64,000 nt of DNA. Origin: Eledone cirrhosa. Its lineage: Eukaryota. Of the stretch, positions 1-12,569 are shown piece after piece. The stretch is from assembly GCA_964016885.1 (NCBI GenBank), contig OZ024759.1:27528001-27592000 (forward strand), given 5' to 3'. A model generated the notes under the pieces. It did no database searches. It worked only from the letters and a program-made list of their open reading frames with translations, and was not told the origin of the DNA. Positions within the stretch are counted from its first letter, which is position 1. Every line of letters begins with the position of its first letter. The position numbers and the translations under genes were made by a program.

Positions 1-36
1 TTCATATGGGGTCAGACTTATTATCTATCACTAGCC

Positions 37-625
37 TTCCAATCGTGACCAACCCATCTATTTTTAATTCGTTCAATGTATCTAGGAGATACTGCTTTGT
101 TGAGTGTGTCTCAAATTTAAGTAAACTTATTATTATTAAAAGCGTTCCATTTATGACCAACCCATCTGTTTAAATGTATCAAAGAGAGGACTGCTTTGTC
201 GGGTGTGTGTCAAACTTTAATTTAAGCAGACTTAATATTAAAAGCGTTCCATTTATGACCAACCCATCTGTTTAAATGTATCAAAGAGAGGACTGCTTTG
301 TCGGGTGTGTCAAACTTTAATTTAAGCAGACTTAATATTAAAAGCGTTCAATTTATGACCAATCCATCTGTTTAAATGTATCTAAGAGAGGACTGCTTTG
401 TCGGGTGTGTGTGTATGTGTGTCAAACTCTAATTAGAGCAAACTTGTTAATATTAAAAGCGTTCCATCTATGACCAACCCATCTGTTTATAAATTCTGTT
501 AATGTATCTAAGAGGGATTAATTTGTCGTGTATATGTGTGTCTCAAACTTTGATTTAAGCAGACTTATTACTAAAAGCGTTCCATTTATGACCAACCCAT
601 CTTTAAAATAAATACAGTCCATGTA
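37..625 (+). repeat. Degenerate tandem repeat, about 100-118-bp unit, about 6 copies
   Basis: Recurring aaagcgttccatttatgaccaacccatctg. Confidence 0.85.
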
Positions 626-1542
626 TCTAACAAAGAAAGGCGACCATGTGGAGTATGTCTTATTTTAATTTAATTTTTAAAATCATAGTTTATAGGGTGT
701 GATTTTAAAGGGGACAAACACGATAGCTACTTCTAACATCATATACAACAGACTGAGTGCTTTCTGGGCCCCATGTGTGTGTGTTGATGTATGTGTTGGT
801 ATTTGTATGTGTGTGTTAGTATATGTCTGTATGTCTGTTAATGTATGTATGTATATATATATGTGTATATACATATATATGTGTATATACATATGTGTGT
901 GTATATATATATATATATATATACACATATATATATATATATACGTGTATGTGTGGGTGTGCTTGGTTGCGTGTGTATGTGCACTTATCTTTAATTTACC
1001 TTGTTCGTAGCTCATTTCTATCACAAGTTTTATGTTTGTCTGACCTACTGGTACTGTGTCAACATTGCCCCAGAACCACCACACAGTCCCCCTCACCAAA
1101 TACAGGGTGGGGGCGGGGGGCTCTTGTATTTTGACTGTTGTTTAGTAGTGTGTGTATAGATATATATTATCATCATCGTTTAACGTCTATCTTCCACGCT
1201 AGCATGGGTTAGACGGGAGTTGTCCCACTTGAGGCAAGATTGATCGGGTGACCGTGTCTCGCTCGTATCTGGCAGGTTTTCTACGGCTGGATGCTTCTTC
1301 CTAACACCAACCACATTTATAGTGTGGACTGGGAGCTTGTTACCTACACGACCATATTACAGCGTGGACTGTGATTTTTTTTTTTTAGTCGTGACACCTA
1401 CACGACCTCTTTAGTTAGGACTGGATGTTGTGGTACCAACATAACTATATATATCTATATCTATATATACTTTATTTTTCCCTTCATTTCGTGTTCTTCT
1501 TGTGAACTTCCCTCCTTACTCCCTCTCGGAGTTCCTCACAAC

Positions 1543-1578
1543 TTTCCTGATGAAGGACTTAAATCTGAAACGTCGAAA
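1543..1578 (+). ncRNA. Minimal type-I hammerhead ribozyme motif (family A)
   Basis: tttc-CTGATGA-a-gga-cttaaa-tct-GAAA-CG-TC-gaaa: 4-bp stem I, weak stem II, palindromic ACGT stem III, GUC site. Confidence 0.65.
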
Positions 1579-1685
1579 CCTCCCTTACTCTCAGCTAGCA
1601 TGAACCTAATACAACTATGTACAATTGACTCCTGCGTTTGTTTGTTTGGACTTTTGAACTTTATATATATATATATATATATATA

Positions 1686-2885
1686 CATGGTGCGGACGAT
1701 ATTTGTTCGCAAGATTACTGTCTAGGAAGAAGTAATACAGTAGTTATATTTTTTAAGATATATTTATCAAACTTGGGTCAGTTTGTCTTCATGACTTGTT
1801 CTTTCGATCTCACTCGATAAACCCGCCATTGGCTTTGATGACGGCCTTGTGATCCTAGCCTTCAGATCGTCTTTCGTAATGCAGCTAGATCTCTTGGTGT
1901 CTCGTTCCACTGCGCCCCACACAAAGAAGTCGAGGGGGTTTCAGTCAGGCAAGCTGGGAGGCCAGATGTCAGATGAAGTGTGGTCGACGAAGTTCTCTGA
2001 CAGCCAGGCTTGGGTCTTTCGGCTGGTATGGCAGGGCGCTGAGTCTTGCTGCCACACGTACGGCTTACCTGCAGCTACCTGGTCGATCCAGGGCTTTACT
2101 ACCTCACTGAGAACGTGGATGGAGCCATCAGTGTTCAGCTTGAGGCCCTCAGGGAAAAAGTGAGGTGGCATGACGTCACCTTGACTGTTGATGACACCTA
2201 AGACCAATGTTGTCGCTGGAAACTTTGTCTGCATGACTCTGGGCATGTCTTTGGATGAGACAGCGAGCCACCTGTTGTTCTGTGAGTTGATCTTCTGGTC
2301 TTGGCAGAAGTTTTTCTCGTCGGAGAAAAACCACAGCATGTCTGGCTCCAGTGGGTGTTTCAACTTGTTGATCAGCTTCTTTGCGTGCTTCAGTCGCTTT
2401 TCTTGCATCGCCTTTGACAGAAATTGTCCTTTCCTCATCTTGTATGAAACGTAGCTTTTCATCCACGCCTTGAAATGGCACGCATCGACTTGCTAGGTTC
2501 GTTGTTGATGATATCCTGAACTTCAGCGACGAACTCGGGCGTTCTGAAGGCGTCAGATCGTCGATCATGTGTTTTCCTCTCTGATGTTGCTTCGTAGTCG
2601 AATCCTGAATCTTCCAATTCCTTTCTGACCTTTTCTATCATTCTCCTGCTGGCACTGAGAATGTCTGAAATTTCCTTATTTGTCCTCCCGGCGCGGATTC
2701 CAAGAAGAACTCTGTGTCTCTTCCACAAATTTGGAGGTTCAAAATTATTCATAATCAATTATTCTGAAAATAAATAATGGAAATATAGTCACTGTTTTTA
2801 TGAAGACAAGAGTGACAACAGAAGTAAAAAAAATTTGCATAAAATTAGCAGTTGAAAATTGCGAACAAATATCGTCCACACTCTG
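1686..2885 (-). mobile_element. Tc1/mariner superfamily DD37D (maT-type) DNA transposon, defective
   Basis: 27-bp TIRs (catggtgcggacgatatttgttcgcaa / ttgcgaacaaatatcgtccacactctg), TA on left, within TA repeats; transposase ORFs 2758-2459 and 2462-1941 with FSDEK, QQDSAPCH, PD*NPLDFFVWG; 37 residues between 2nd and 3rd Asp. Confidence 0.92.
1810..2758 (-). pseudogene. maT transposase pseudogene
   Basis: Frameshift near 2460, in-frame TGA at 1941-1943, and an apparent deletion before the C-terminal KAVIKANGGFIE* segment. Confidence 0.85.
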
Positions 2886-3293
2886 TCTATATATATATAT
2901 AATGTTTAATATAGAAATGGCTTCTACAGGACTAGAACTGTTTCATTCGAAGGAAATCATCATCGTGTGTATTGAATATATATATATTAAAATAACAGAT
3001 TAAAGTTTAAGCTAAGAATATTCTTTGCTTAAACTTTAATGTTATTTTAATAAATATTTGCTCTAGGGTTTTTATATATTTGATATATATTTATCCTTAT
3101 CGAGCCCTCTTTGGATTTTAGTCTTCACATTTATTATTATTACTATATATAGTAATACCTACCATTCAGAGAAACAATTGTCAGCAATGTGATTAAAGCC
3201 TTTATTGTATAGCAAACCGTGTCACTCTTCTTTCTTGATTTATATATATACCAAGATAATAATAAATGGAAACTATATTTATAAAACCATATT

Positions 3294-3358
3294 TATTTTA
3301 TTATATATATTTCAAGGGCAACCAAGCAAATCTTGGTGCGCTTTCATCAAATAAAATA
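3294..3358 (-). ncRNA. Inverted copy of family B hammerhead with C3U core change
   Basis: Reverse complement reads tattttat-TTGATGA-...-GAAA-tatata-TA-ataaaata; left arm of inverted repeat 3251-3555. Confidence 0.55.
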
Positions 3359-3447
3359 CAAAATTTGTTTTATAAATAATGACATACCCATGGAAATCAC
3401 ACCTTAACGATCCGAAATTCGCTGGATTATTTATAAAACAAATTTTG

Positions 3448-3512
3448 TATTTTATCTGATGAAAGCGCACCAAGATTTGCTTGGTCGCCCTTGAAATATA
3501 TATAATAAAATA
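3448..3512 (+). ncRNA. Type-I hammerhead ribozyme motif (family B)
   Basis: tattttat-CTGATGA-aagcgcaccaag-atttg-cttggtcgccctt-GAAA-tatata-TA-ataaaata: 8-bp stem I, long stem II, palindromic stem III, AUA site. Confidence 0.75.
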
Positions 3513-3642
3513 AATATGGTTTTATAAATATAGTTTCCATTTATTATTATCTTGGAATATTTACTCCAGTAACTTGTTGTGTGCTCTATATCAGTTATAA
3601 ACATTTGTTTGTCGGAATTCCAACAAATTGAATACAACTCTT

Positions 3643-3731
<89 letters not shown>

Positions 3732-3999
3732 CATGATATACTCACACATTTATAGATATAAAAATGTGAATATCCACACACATATATATGTGCATTTGTA
3801 TATCAGCGACATGTACACACACGCACATATACACATGCTCCTGTGATACACACATACAGCCAATCATACACACACTACTCACACACGTTATATCCCCCTA
3901 GTTTATAACAAATACCCACTATATCTGATGTACACTTTATAACCCAATGACGAGATAATCATACATTAACATTTACATGCCAATACATATATACATACA

Positions 4000-4715
4000 C
4001 AGACTAATGAGCATAACTACACATACACAGTCTAATGGCCATAACTACACATACACACACACAGTCTAATGGCCATAACTACACAGACTAATGACCATAA
4101 CTACACATACACACACAGACTAATGACAATAACTACACATACACACACACAGTCTAATGACCATAACTACACACACACACACAGTCTAATGGCCATAACT
4201 ACACACACACAGACGAATGACCATAACTACACATACACACACACAGACGAATGACGATAACTACACATACACACACACAGCCTAATGACCATAACTACAT
4301 ATACACAGACTAATGGCCATAACTACACACACACAGTCTAATGATCATAACTACACATACACACACACACAGCCTAATGACCATAACTACACATACACAC
4401 ACACACAGCCTAATGACCATAACTACACATACACACACACACAGCCTAATGACCATAACTACACATACACATACACACAGCCTAATGACCATAACTACAC
4501 ATACACATACACACAGCCTAATGACCATAACTACACATACACATACACACAGCCTAATGACCATAACTACACATACACATACACACAGCCTAATGACCAT
4601 AACTACACATACACACAGCCTAATGACCATAACTACACATACACACACACAGCCTAATGACCATAACTACACATACACAACATACATACTGTCCATAACT
4701 ACACATACACACTAA
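4000..4715 (+). repeat. Minisatellite, about 24-36-bp unit
   Basis: Recurring ctaatgaccataactacacat + (CA)n. Confidence 0.9.
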
Positions 4716-4851
4716 TAAGCAAAACTACACATACTGTTGCTGACCATAACTAACCACATGCACACACACTGTTGACCACAACCTCACACACACACACATA
4801 CTGTTGTCCCATAACTACATACCACACATACATATACATACACTTACACAC

Positions 4852-5405
4852 ACCTAGACACATACTCCATATATTTCCATAAACATACATGTACACCTAG
4901 ACATATATTGCACATGTACACACATATATTCACACACACACACACCTAGACATATACTCCATATATTGCACATGTGCACACATATACTCACACACACACA
5001 CCTAGACATATACTCCATATATTGCACATGTACACACATATACTCACACACACACACACCTAGACATATACTCCATATATTGCACATGTGCACACATATA
5101 CTCACACACACACACCTAGACATATACTCCATATATTGCACATGTACACACATATATTCACACACACACACCTAGACATATACTCCATATATTGCACATG
5201 TGCGCACACATACTCACACACACACACACCTAGACATATACTCCATATATTGCACATGTGCACACATATACTCACACACACACACACCTAGACATATACT
5301 CCATATATTGCACATGTACACACATATACTCACACACACCTAGACATATACTCCATATATTGCACATATACACACACACGCGCACCTAGACATATACTCC
5401 ATATA
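4852..5405 (+). repeat. Minisatellite, about 55-59-bp unit
   Basis: Recurring cctagacatatactccatatattgcacatg. Confidence 0.9.
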
Positions 5406-6238
5406 CACACATACATACACACATTAGCTGTAGGTAGAGGCGGATCTAGGGTATTGCAAGCATGGTACGTGCCATGGGAACCACTTGAAAGGGGGCGCTC
5501 CCTGGACTTGGAACACTTTCTATTGAAGCCATAGAGTGAAAAAAGAAACTTCTTCAGATGTATGATCTGTCTTTGATTATCATGGGTGAGAAACACTATG
5601 GTGGCTGGATCATTAAACCATTTAAATGTGGTTGGTGTTAGGAAGGGCATCCAGCCATAGAAAACCTGCCAGATAGTCTAACCCATGCTAGCGTGAAAGA
5701 TGGATGTTAAACAATGATATTGATGATGAGGCCCATAGGTAAAAATACAGTGTTGGGAACTACCTGATCACAGAGGCATACCTCATAGTATGACTAGTCA
5801 AATATTTTAATAGGGTTTTAATATTTGTCAAAGATCAGTATTTCACAGGTCACTCCCTTTTGCCAATACTTTACATATATTTATGCTTAAAGGATACCTG
5901 TAGAACAAATGAAAATGCAGTTTGATACCCTAAACCCTCATTTATTTAAACTGCACTGCCAACCCCAATGCCTAACAACTACAATATAGCTTAGTGCATG
6001 GGCAGGGGCACAATTTCAATGTTTTCCATAGGTGCTATTTTCCCTTGTTACACCTCTGGTTGTGAGTACAAACGAAACAGCAATCAAAACATCATGTGGA
6101 AATTGAGTATTTATATCAACAGCTTAACTTAACTTGGGGCTACCAGCAGTTTCGAGATGAAAACACTGTCTAAAACATCAGATCCATTTTGAGAAAAGTC
6201 TTGAAATCACAGGTAGTCCAGGATTAAGTCAAACTGTT

Positions 6239-6288
<50 letters not shown>

Positions 6289-6592
6289 CCAAGGCAATAA
6301 GGCGATACGAAATGGTTTTCCATAGTCATAGCTGCTCACTGTTACTCACTCAACAAAGGATATCTCGAAGACTCACACGATCAAAACACTTGGAGTGCTA
6401 ACCAAATGTATATTTGTAATGGAGCTGTAGCACTAAGAATAAGTCTCAGAAACAATATGGGTTTCTGCAGCAACAGGTGCATGTAGAGTACAATCCATTA
6501 GCTGCAGCAGCAGGGTAAATGGAAGTACTCCTTCCAGGTAACAGTGCAATTTACTTTGTCAGCAGAAGGTGAAAGCTGTTGGTGCCCATTGT

Positions 6593-6972
<380 letters not shown>

Positions 6973-6978
6973 AAAGGA

Positions 6979-7367
6979 GGCACATGGCTTAGTGGTTAGA
7001 GCATTGGCCTTGCAATCGAAAGGTTGTGAGTTCAATTCTCAGACCGGGTGATGTGTTGTTTCCTTGAGCAAGACACTTTATTTCACATTGCTCCAGTTTA
7101 CTCAGCTGTAGAAATGAGATGATAGGGACTGGGGTCCCTATCATTCCACTGCAAAGTGGTCGTGGAGGTGCCACGGCAAAAAAGCACCCAGCCCACACTG
7201 CAAAGTGGTCGTGGAGGTGCCATGGCAAAAAAGCACCCAGAACTCACTGTAAATGAGGTTGGTGTTAGGAAGGGCATCCAGCTGTAGAAATCAAGCCAGA
7301 ATCAGTTCCGTCCCACCCTTGCAAGCAGGGAAAAGTGGACGTAAAATGATGATGATGATGATGATGA
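6979..7367 (+). mobile_element. tRNA-derived CORE-type SINE (octopus OR-like), RTE-type tail
   Basis: A box TGGCTTAGTGG, B box GAGTTCAATTC, CORE-like ccttgagcaagacactt...cagctgtagaaatgag, (ATG)n tail, TSD tgaaagga on both sides. Confidence 0.85.
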
Positions 7368-7620
7368 TGAAAGGATAACAAGGATTGATTACTCATTCAT
7401 TGCATTTATTGGTAGGTGACGCGCGTTTTGCCACTGATCAGCTCAAGGTTCGATCTGTATCGATCCTACCCGACTCATTTTAAAGGGTCCGTCGAGCCGC
7501 TGATTATTGAGTCGGGTAGGGTCGATACAGATCGAACCTTGAGCTGATCAGTGGCGAAACGCGCGTCACCTACCAATAAATGTAATGAAGGAGTAATCAA
7601 TCGTCCTTGTTATCCTTTCA
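7368..7620. repeat. Inverted repeat, about 110-bp arms, 30-nt loop
   Basis: 7368-7477 vs 7508-7620; contains GAAAC-GCGC-GTC (hammerhead 3' half). Confidence 0.85.
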
Positions 7621-8397
7621 ATATATTACACTCTGTATAGCTCTACACCTCATCACAGAAGTGAACCTAAACATTGAGTGCTCTCCCGGGTGAACCTGCA
7701 GTAACTCTAAGTTACATCCCCTGGATATATATATATATATATATATATCGAGGGGCAACTGAAAAGTTCATAGGATTACTATGAAGGAGTGATGCTAGAG
7801 CTGTGAAATCTTGCATGCATTAATTTCAACTCTTCTTATTAACAACTGCATTGTTTCTTTCCAGAGATTATGTTGAAAGATAAATCTCATTTTGTCATTC
7901 CATGAGAGTATCTTGGTCAGACTATGTTATATATATTTCGAGGGTCAACATCATAGCATGATTATGAAGGAGTGATGCTAGAGCTGTGAAATTTTGCAAT
8001 ATATACACACGTTTCTTTCGGGAGAAATCATCATGATTTCTCTCGAATGAAACAATACATTAGTAGAGTATATACAACAAAATTTAATATAAAAATGACT
8101 TCTACAGGACTAGAACTGTTTCATTCGAAGGAAATCAGCAGTGTATATATATCATATAAATTATTGATTTATTGATATTTTATCTGAGTGACCCGAATCT
8201 TCCTGGTCGTTATTTTTCGGCTGCATGGGTGATTTTAGGCATAATCTTTGTGTGTTGGTATTTTAACGATAGTTATAGCTCTGATTTATCTGAATTATTG
8301 AGCCCTCTGCCACTCATGTCGGATTTGTTTATCGTAAATTCGTGAGCTGATTTTCCGATACTCGATTATTCTATTATATATATATATATATATATAT

Positions 8398-8977
8398 AGT
8401 GGCTGCCAACTCGTTTTCGAGTACGGCCACTACTTTATATCCATGTAGGAGAACTCCTACCGATGCGCTGAACGAGTGTGACATTTTAGTCCAGCTAGCT
8501 ACTTGAAAACTCTGGTACAAACACTACACCTGTGACAATTATTGACACATAGTGCTGGGCCCATGGTTCCATGTGACGACAAGTGCAGAGAGATCTCCAG
8601 ATATAAAGCAATGCCTGTGCCGTGAAGCTTTTATAGTGAGCAAAGGCACTGCACAAAGCCAGTCCCACTCTCTTAACCAAGATGATATTTACCAAAAAGA
8701 AGAACAAGTCAACATCATTGGATACCATCAGGGTTGCAGGTGTTATATCAGAGTTTTCCTTCTCCTAGAATTCTGCCTTTACAAAGGCTAAGGGGTCATC
8801 TCTCCCGGTGATTTTGGATGGCCATTGACTCTTTGACAGGTTTTGTTTTTAGTCCTGCAGGATGTCCAAAGTCACCCTCCTCACCAAGAAACCTTGGTGG
8901 GGTTGCCAGTTTAGTCGCCAACGACCCGACCATGAGACAGGTTGTACTGGGATACATGTTACCAGTAGCACCAACTG
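8398..8977 (-). mobile_element. About 600-bp non-autonomous retroposon with RTE-5'UTR-like segment
   Basis: Near-identical to 36872-37482 and 36283-36680 in opposite orientation; contains ctaggagaaggaaaactctga; ends in microsatellite; no coding capacity. Confidence 0.65.
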
Positions 8978-9170
8978 GTATATATATATATACACACACA
9001 CATATATATATACACACATACACACACACATATATATATATATACACACACACATATATACACACACACACACATATATACACACACACACATATATATA
9101 TATATACACACACACACATATATATATATATACACACACACACATATATATATATATACACACACACACA

Positions 9171-9201
<31 letters not shown>

Positions 9202-11689
9202 TACATACATATATTTATATATACATACACACACATACATATGTATATACACACAGACACACACCATCAAACAACAATTGCACATTAGACATACCCAATA
9301 ACTAAACACAATTATATATGTACATTCACACTCACACATACATACAGACATACACACGCATTGGTAAAACACCATTAACACACCCACATTCACACCAGTT
9401 CAACACATACATATATACACTAAAACATGTTAACGTTTGCTAGCTAAATATAATCACACATACACCCAAACATTATCAAAAGTCGCACTTAAAATTGTCA
9501 AAAATAACACACACACACACTCACTCACACCGACATATTTTACTATACACCTCATGTTACTACCATGTCAACGAAGCAGCTTCTTACGTGGTGGTAGTTC
9601 TACCTCCTAGAAATAGCAACCAATTCTCCCTCAAATAAATAAATAAATAGTACATGTCTAGATAACCCTGCAAAAAGACGGGATAACCACAGCTGGAATA
9701 ACTTTAACCATAGTTAGGTCTGTAACTAGTGGTCCCGTGCAGTCAATAATTGTTTCTATTTAGGCACAAGGCCAATAATTTGGGGAGAGGAGGAAGTCGA
9801 TTACTGGTATTTTATTTTATCGATCCTGTAAGAGTGAAAGGCAAAGTTAACCTCGACGCGATTTGAACTCGGACCGTAACTCTATGCTACAAAGCATGGT
9901 GTCCGACGCTCTACCGATACTGAATATAATTCATTTTAAGGTTTGGTTAAAATTTAGAAGGGTACGTGAAGTTTCTTTCTTTCTTTCGTTCTTGTAGATT
10001 TAAGGGTAGTTAAGGATTGGTTAACATTTAGAAGGTAAAATTTATAATTATTCCTTATAGTTTTAAGGGTAGTTAGTTAGGAAGGTTTGGTTAAAATGTG
10101 TAAGGGAACGTGAAATTTATATTTTCCTACAGTTTTAAGGGTAGTTAGTTCCCTATAGGATTGGTTAACATTTAAAAGGTAAAATTTAGTTTTAAAGGTA
10201 GTTAGTTCCCTATAGTTTAAGGGAAGGTTTGGTTAAAATGTGTAAGGGAACGTGAAATTTATATTTTCCTATAGTTTTAAGGGTAGTTGGTAAGGTTTGG
10301 AAGGTGAAATTTATATTTGCAAACATTTTTTTTTTAACGTGTTTTGAACGAACGTGGCTTTCAAGACTATCTTATTTTACTTGTTTTCTGAGGTCCTCCA
10401 CGCCCCTCACCCGAGGACTCCAGAACACCCGTATTTCAGACGGGTGTAGTTATATAAAATTACCGTTTTTTTTCTTTTTCTTTTAATGATATTGTTATTG
10501 TTGTTCTTGTCCCCGCCTCCTGTAATTCCTACAACTGTTGTCTACCACCACCACCATCAGCAGCAGTTCCCGTACCACCAATGCAACAGACAGGAAGTGC
10601 GCTACGAGGTTTCGCTCCATAGCAGAACCGCTTCGCTTCACGCCACCCCATTTCACTTAAGTTGCTTAAAAACTCAAGAGAGGAAACATTCATTACACAG
10701 ATTACTTTCTCACTTCCCTTTCTTTTCATCAACCACTTCTGTTTTCTGTTCTACTAGTGGTTGTTGTTTGGCAGAATTGGCAGAAACAGAGAGAACGACC
10801 CAGGCGTTTGAGCTGTCCTCAAACGCCTGGGTCCTTCTCTGTTGTCTTTTATACTAATATCACTTTCCTACCCCCTCTTCTTCTCCCACTTATTCCTTGG
10901 GGGTTCGTTTTAAGGGCAGAGTAATTAGTGACGCCTTCCAGGGGGTCCTATTAAAAAAACAACCGTCTCCAATTGATCCGGCTGCATCCCCAAGCGAGAG
11001 CAACCAAGCTCCACAAACAAAAAGCCACGACCCCATCCCCTCTAAAACCTTACTGTATGAATACAGTAAGGCCTATTTTAGGGTATTTTATGGGCTATAC
11101 TGGGGTCCTTGAGGTTAAGGTTGGGAAGGAGTGGGAGTGGAAGCTATAAGCCACCACTACCACCATCATCATCTGTATGACTTCCACCAACACCACCACT
11201 TTCTTCCACTTCCACCACCACCATCTGTACCACCTATCACCACCACCACCATCTGTACCACCTATCACCACCACCACCTGTACCACCACCACCACTTACC
11301 TCTACCTATACCAACCACCACCCCAGGAAATTGAAATATAAGGGAATGCCGCACCCTTGATAAAAAAACACCCACACCCGTATTTAGATCATTGCTTCCT
11401 ATACTGTATTGATCGATACCTGATTAAGAAGGAAAACAATCAGTAGTAGTGGGGGTGGTTGTGGTGGTTGTGGTATTGGTGGTGGTAGTAGTAGTATTGA
11501 TAATGGTGGTGCTATTGATAGTGGTGGGTGATAGTAGTGGTAGAAGTGGTGGTAAGTAGATAATTTTATGTTTACTGTTAGTCATATAGTGGAGTAACAG
11601 CTTTGTATTGGTATGTGGTGTGTGGGAAGGTCGACATTGGAGACTAGGGTAGGGGGGGGGGGGGTGAGAGGGTGTTGATTGAGAAAGGC

Positions 11690-12545
11690 ACACCTTTAGA
11701 TATATATACACAACACCACACACATATATATACACATGCATATATAAAAACATATATATACATACATACACACACATATATACACATACACTTGTGAATC
11801 TTTCTATGTGTACATTCTTATGTGTGTGTGTGTGTATGTTAGGACCTTTAGATATATATACACAACACCACACACACATGCATATAAATGTATACACACG
11901 CACACACACATATATATATATACACATATATACAAATATATATATATACATACACACACATATATACACATACACTTGTGAATCTTTCTATATATACATT
12001 CTTATGTATGTATGTTAGGACCTTTAGATATATATACACTACACCACACACACATGCATATAAATGTATACACACGCACACACACACATATATATATACA
12101 CATATATACAAATATATATATACATACACACACATATATACACATACACTTGTGAATCTTTCTATATATACATTCTTATGTATGTATGTTAGGACCTTTA
12201 GATATATATACACTACACCACACACACATGTATATAAATGTATACACACGCACACACACACATATATATATATATGCATATATAAAAAAATATATATACA
12301 TACATACACTCACATATATACACATACACTTGTGAATCTTTCTATGTATACATTCTTATGTATGTGTATGTTAGGACCTTTAGATATATATACACTACAC
12401 CACACACACATGTATATAAATGTATACACACACACATATATATATATATACACATACACACATATGCATATATAAAAATATATATACACATACACTTGTG
12501 AATCTTTCTATGTATACATTCTTATGTATGTGTGTGTGTGTTAGG
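11690..12545 (+). repeat. Tandem repeat, about 175-bp unit, about 5 copies
   Basis: aggacctttagata at 11841, 12017, 12191, 12373. Confidence 0.85.
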
Positions 12546-12569
12546 ATGTAGTAGAATGCGTGTGTGTGT

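Larger units (their letters stand above)
3251..3555. repeat. Inverted repeat, about 130-bp arms, Penelope-like terminal repeat
   Basis: 3251-3380 is the near-perfect reverse complement of 3426-3555; each arm carries a hammerhead motif. Confidence 0.85.
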
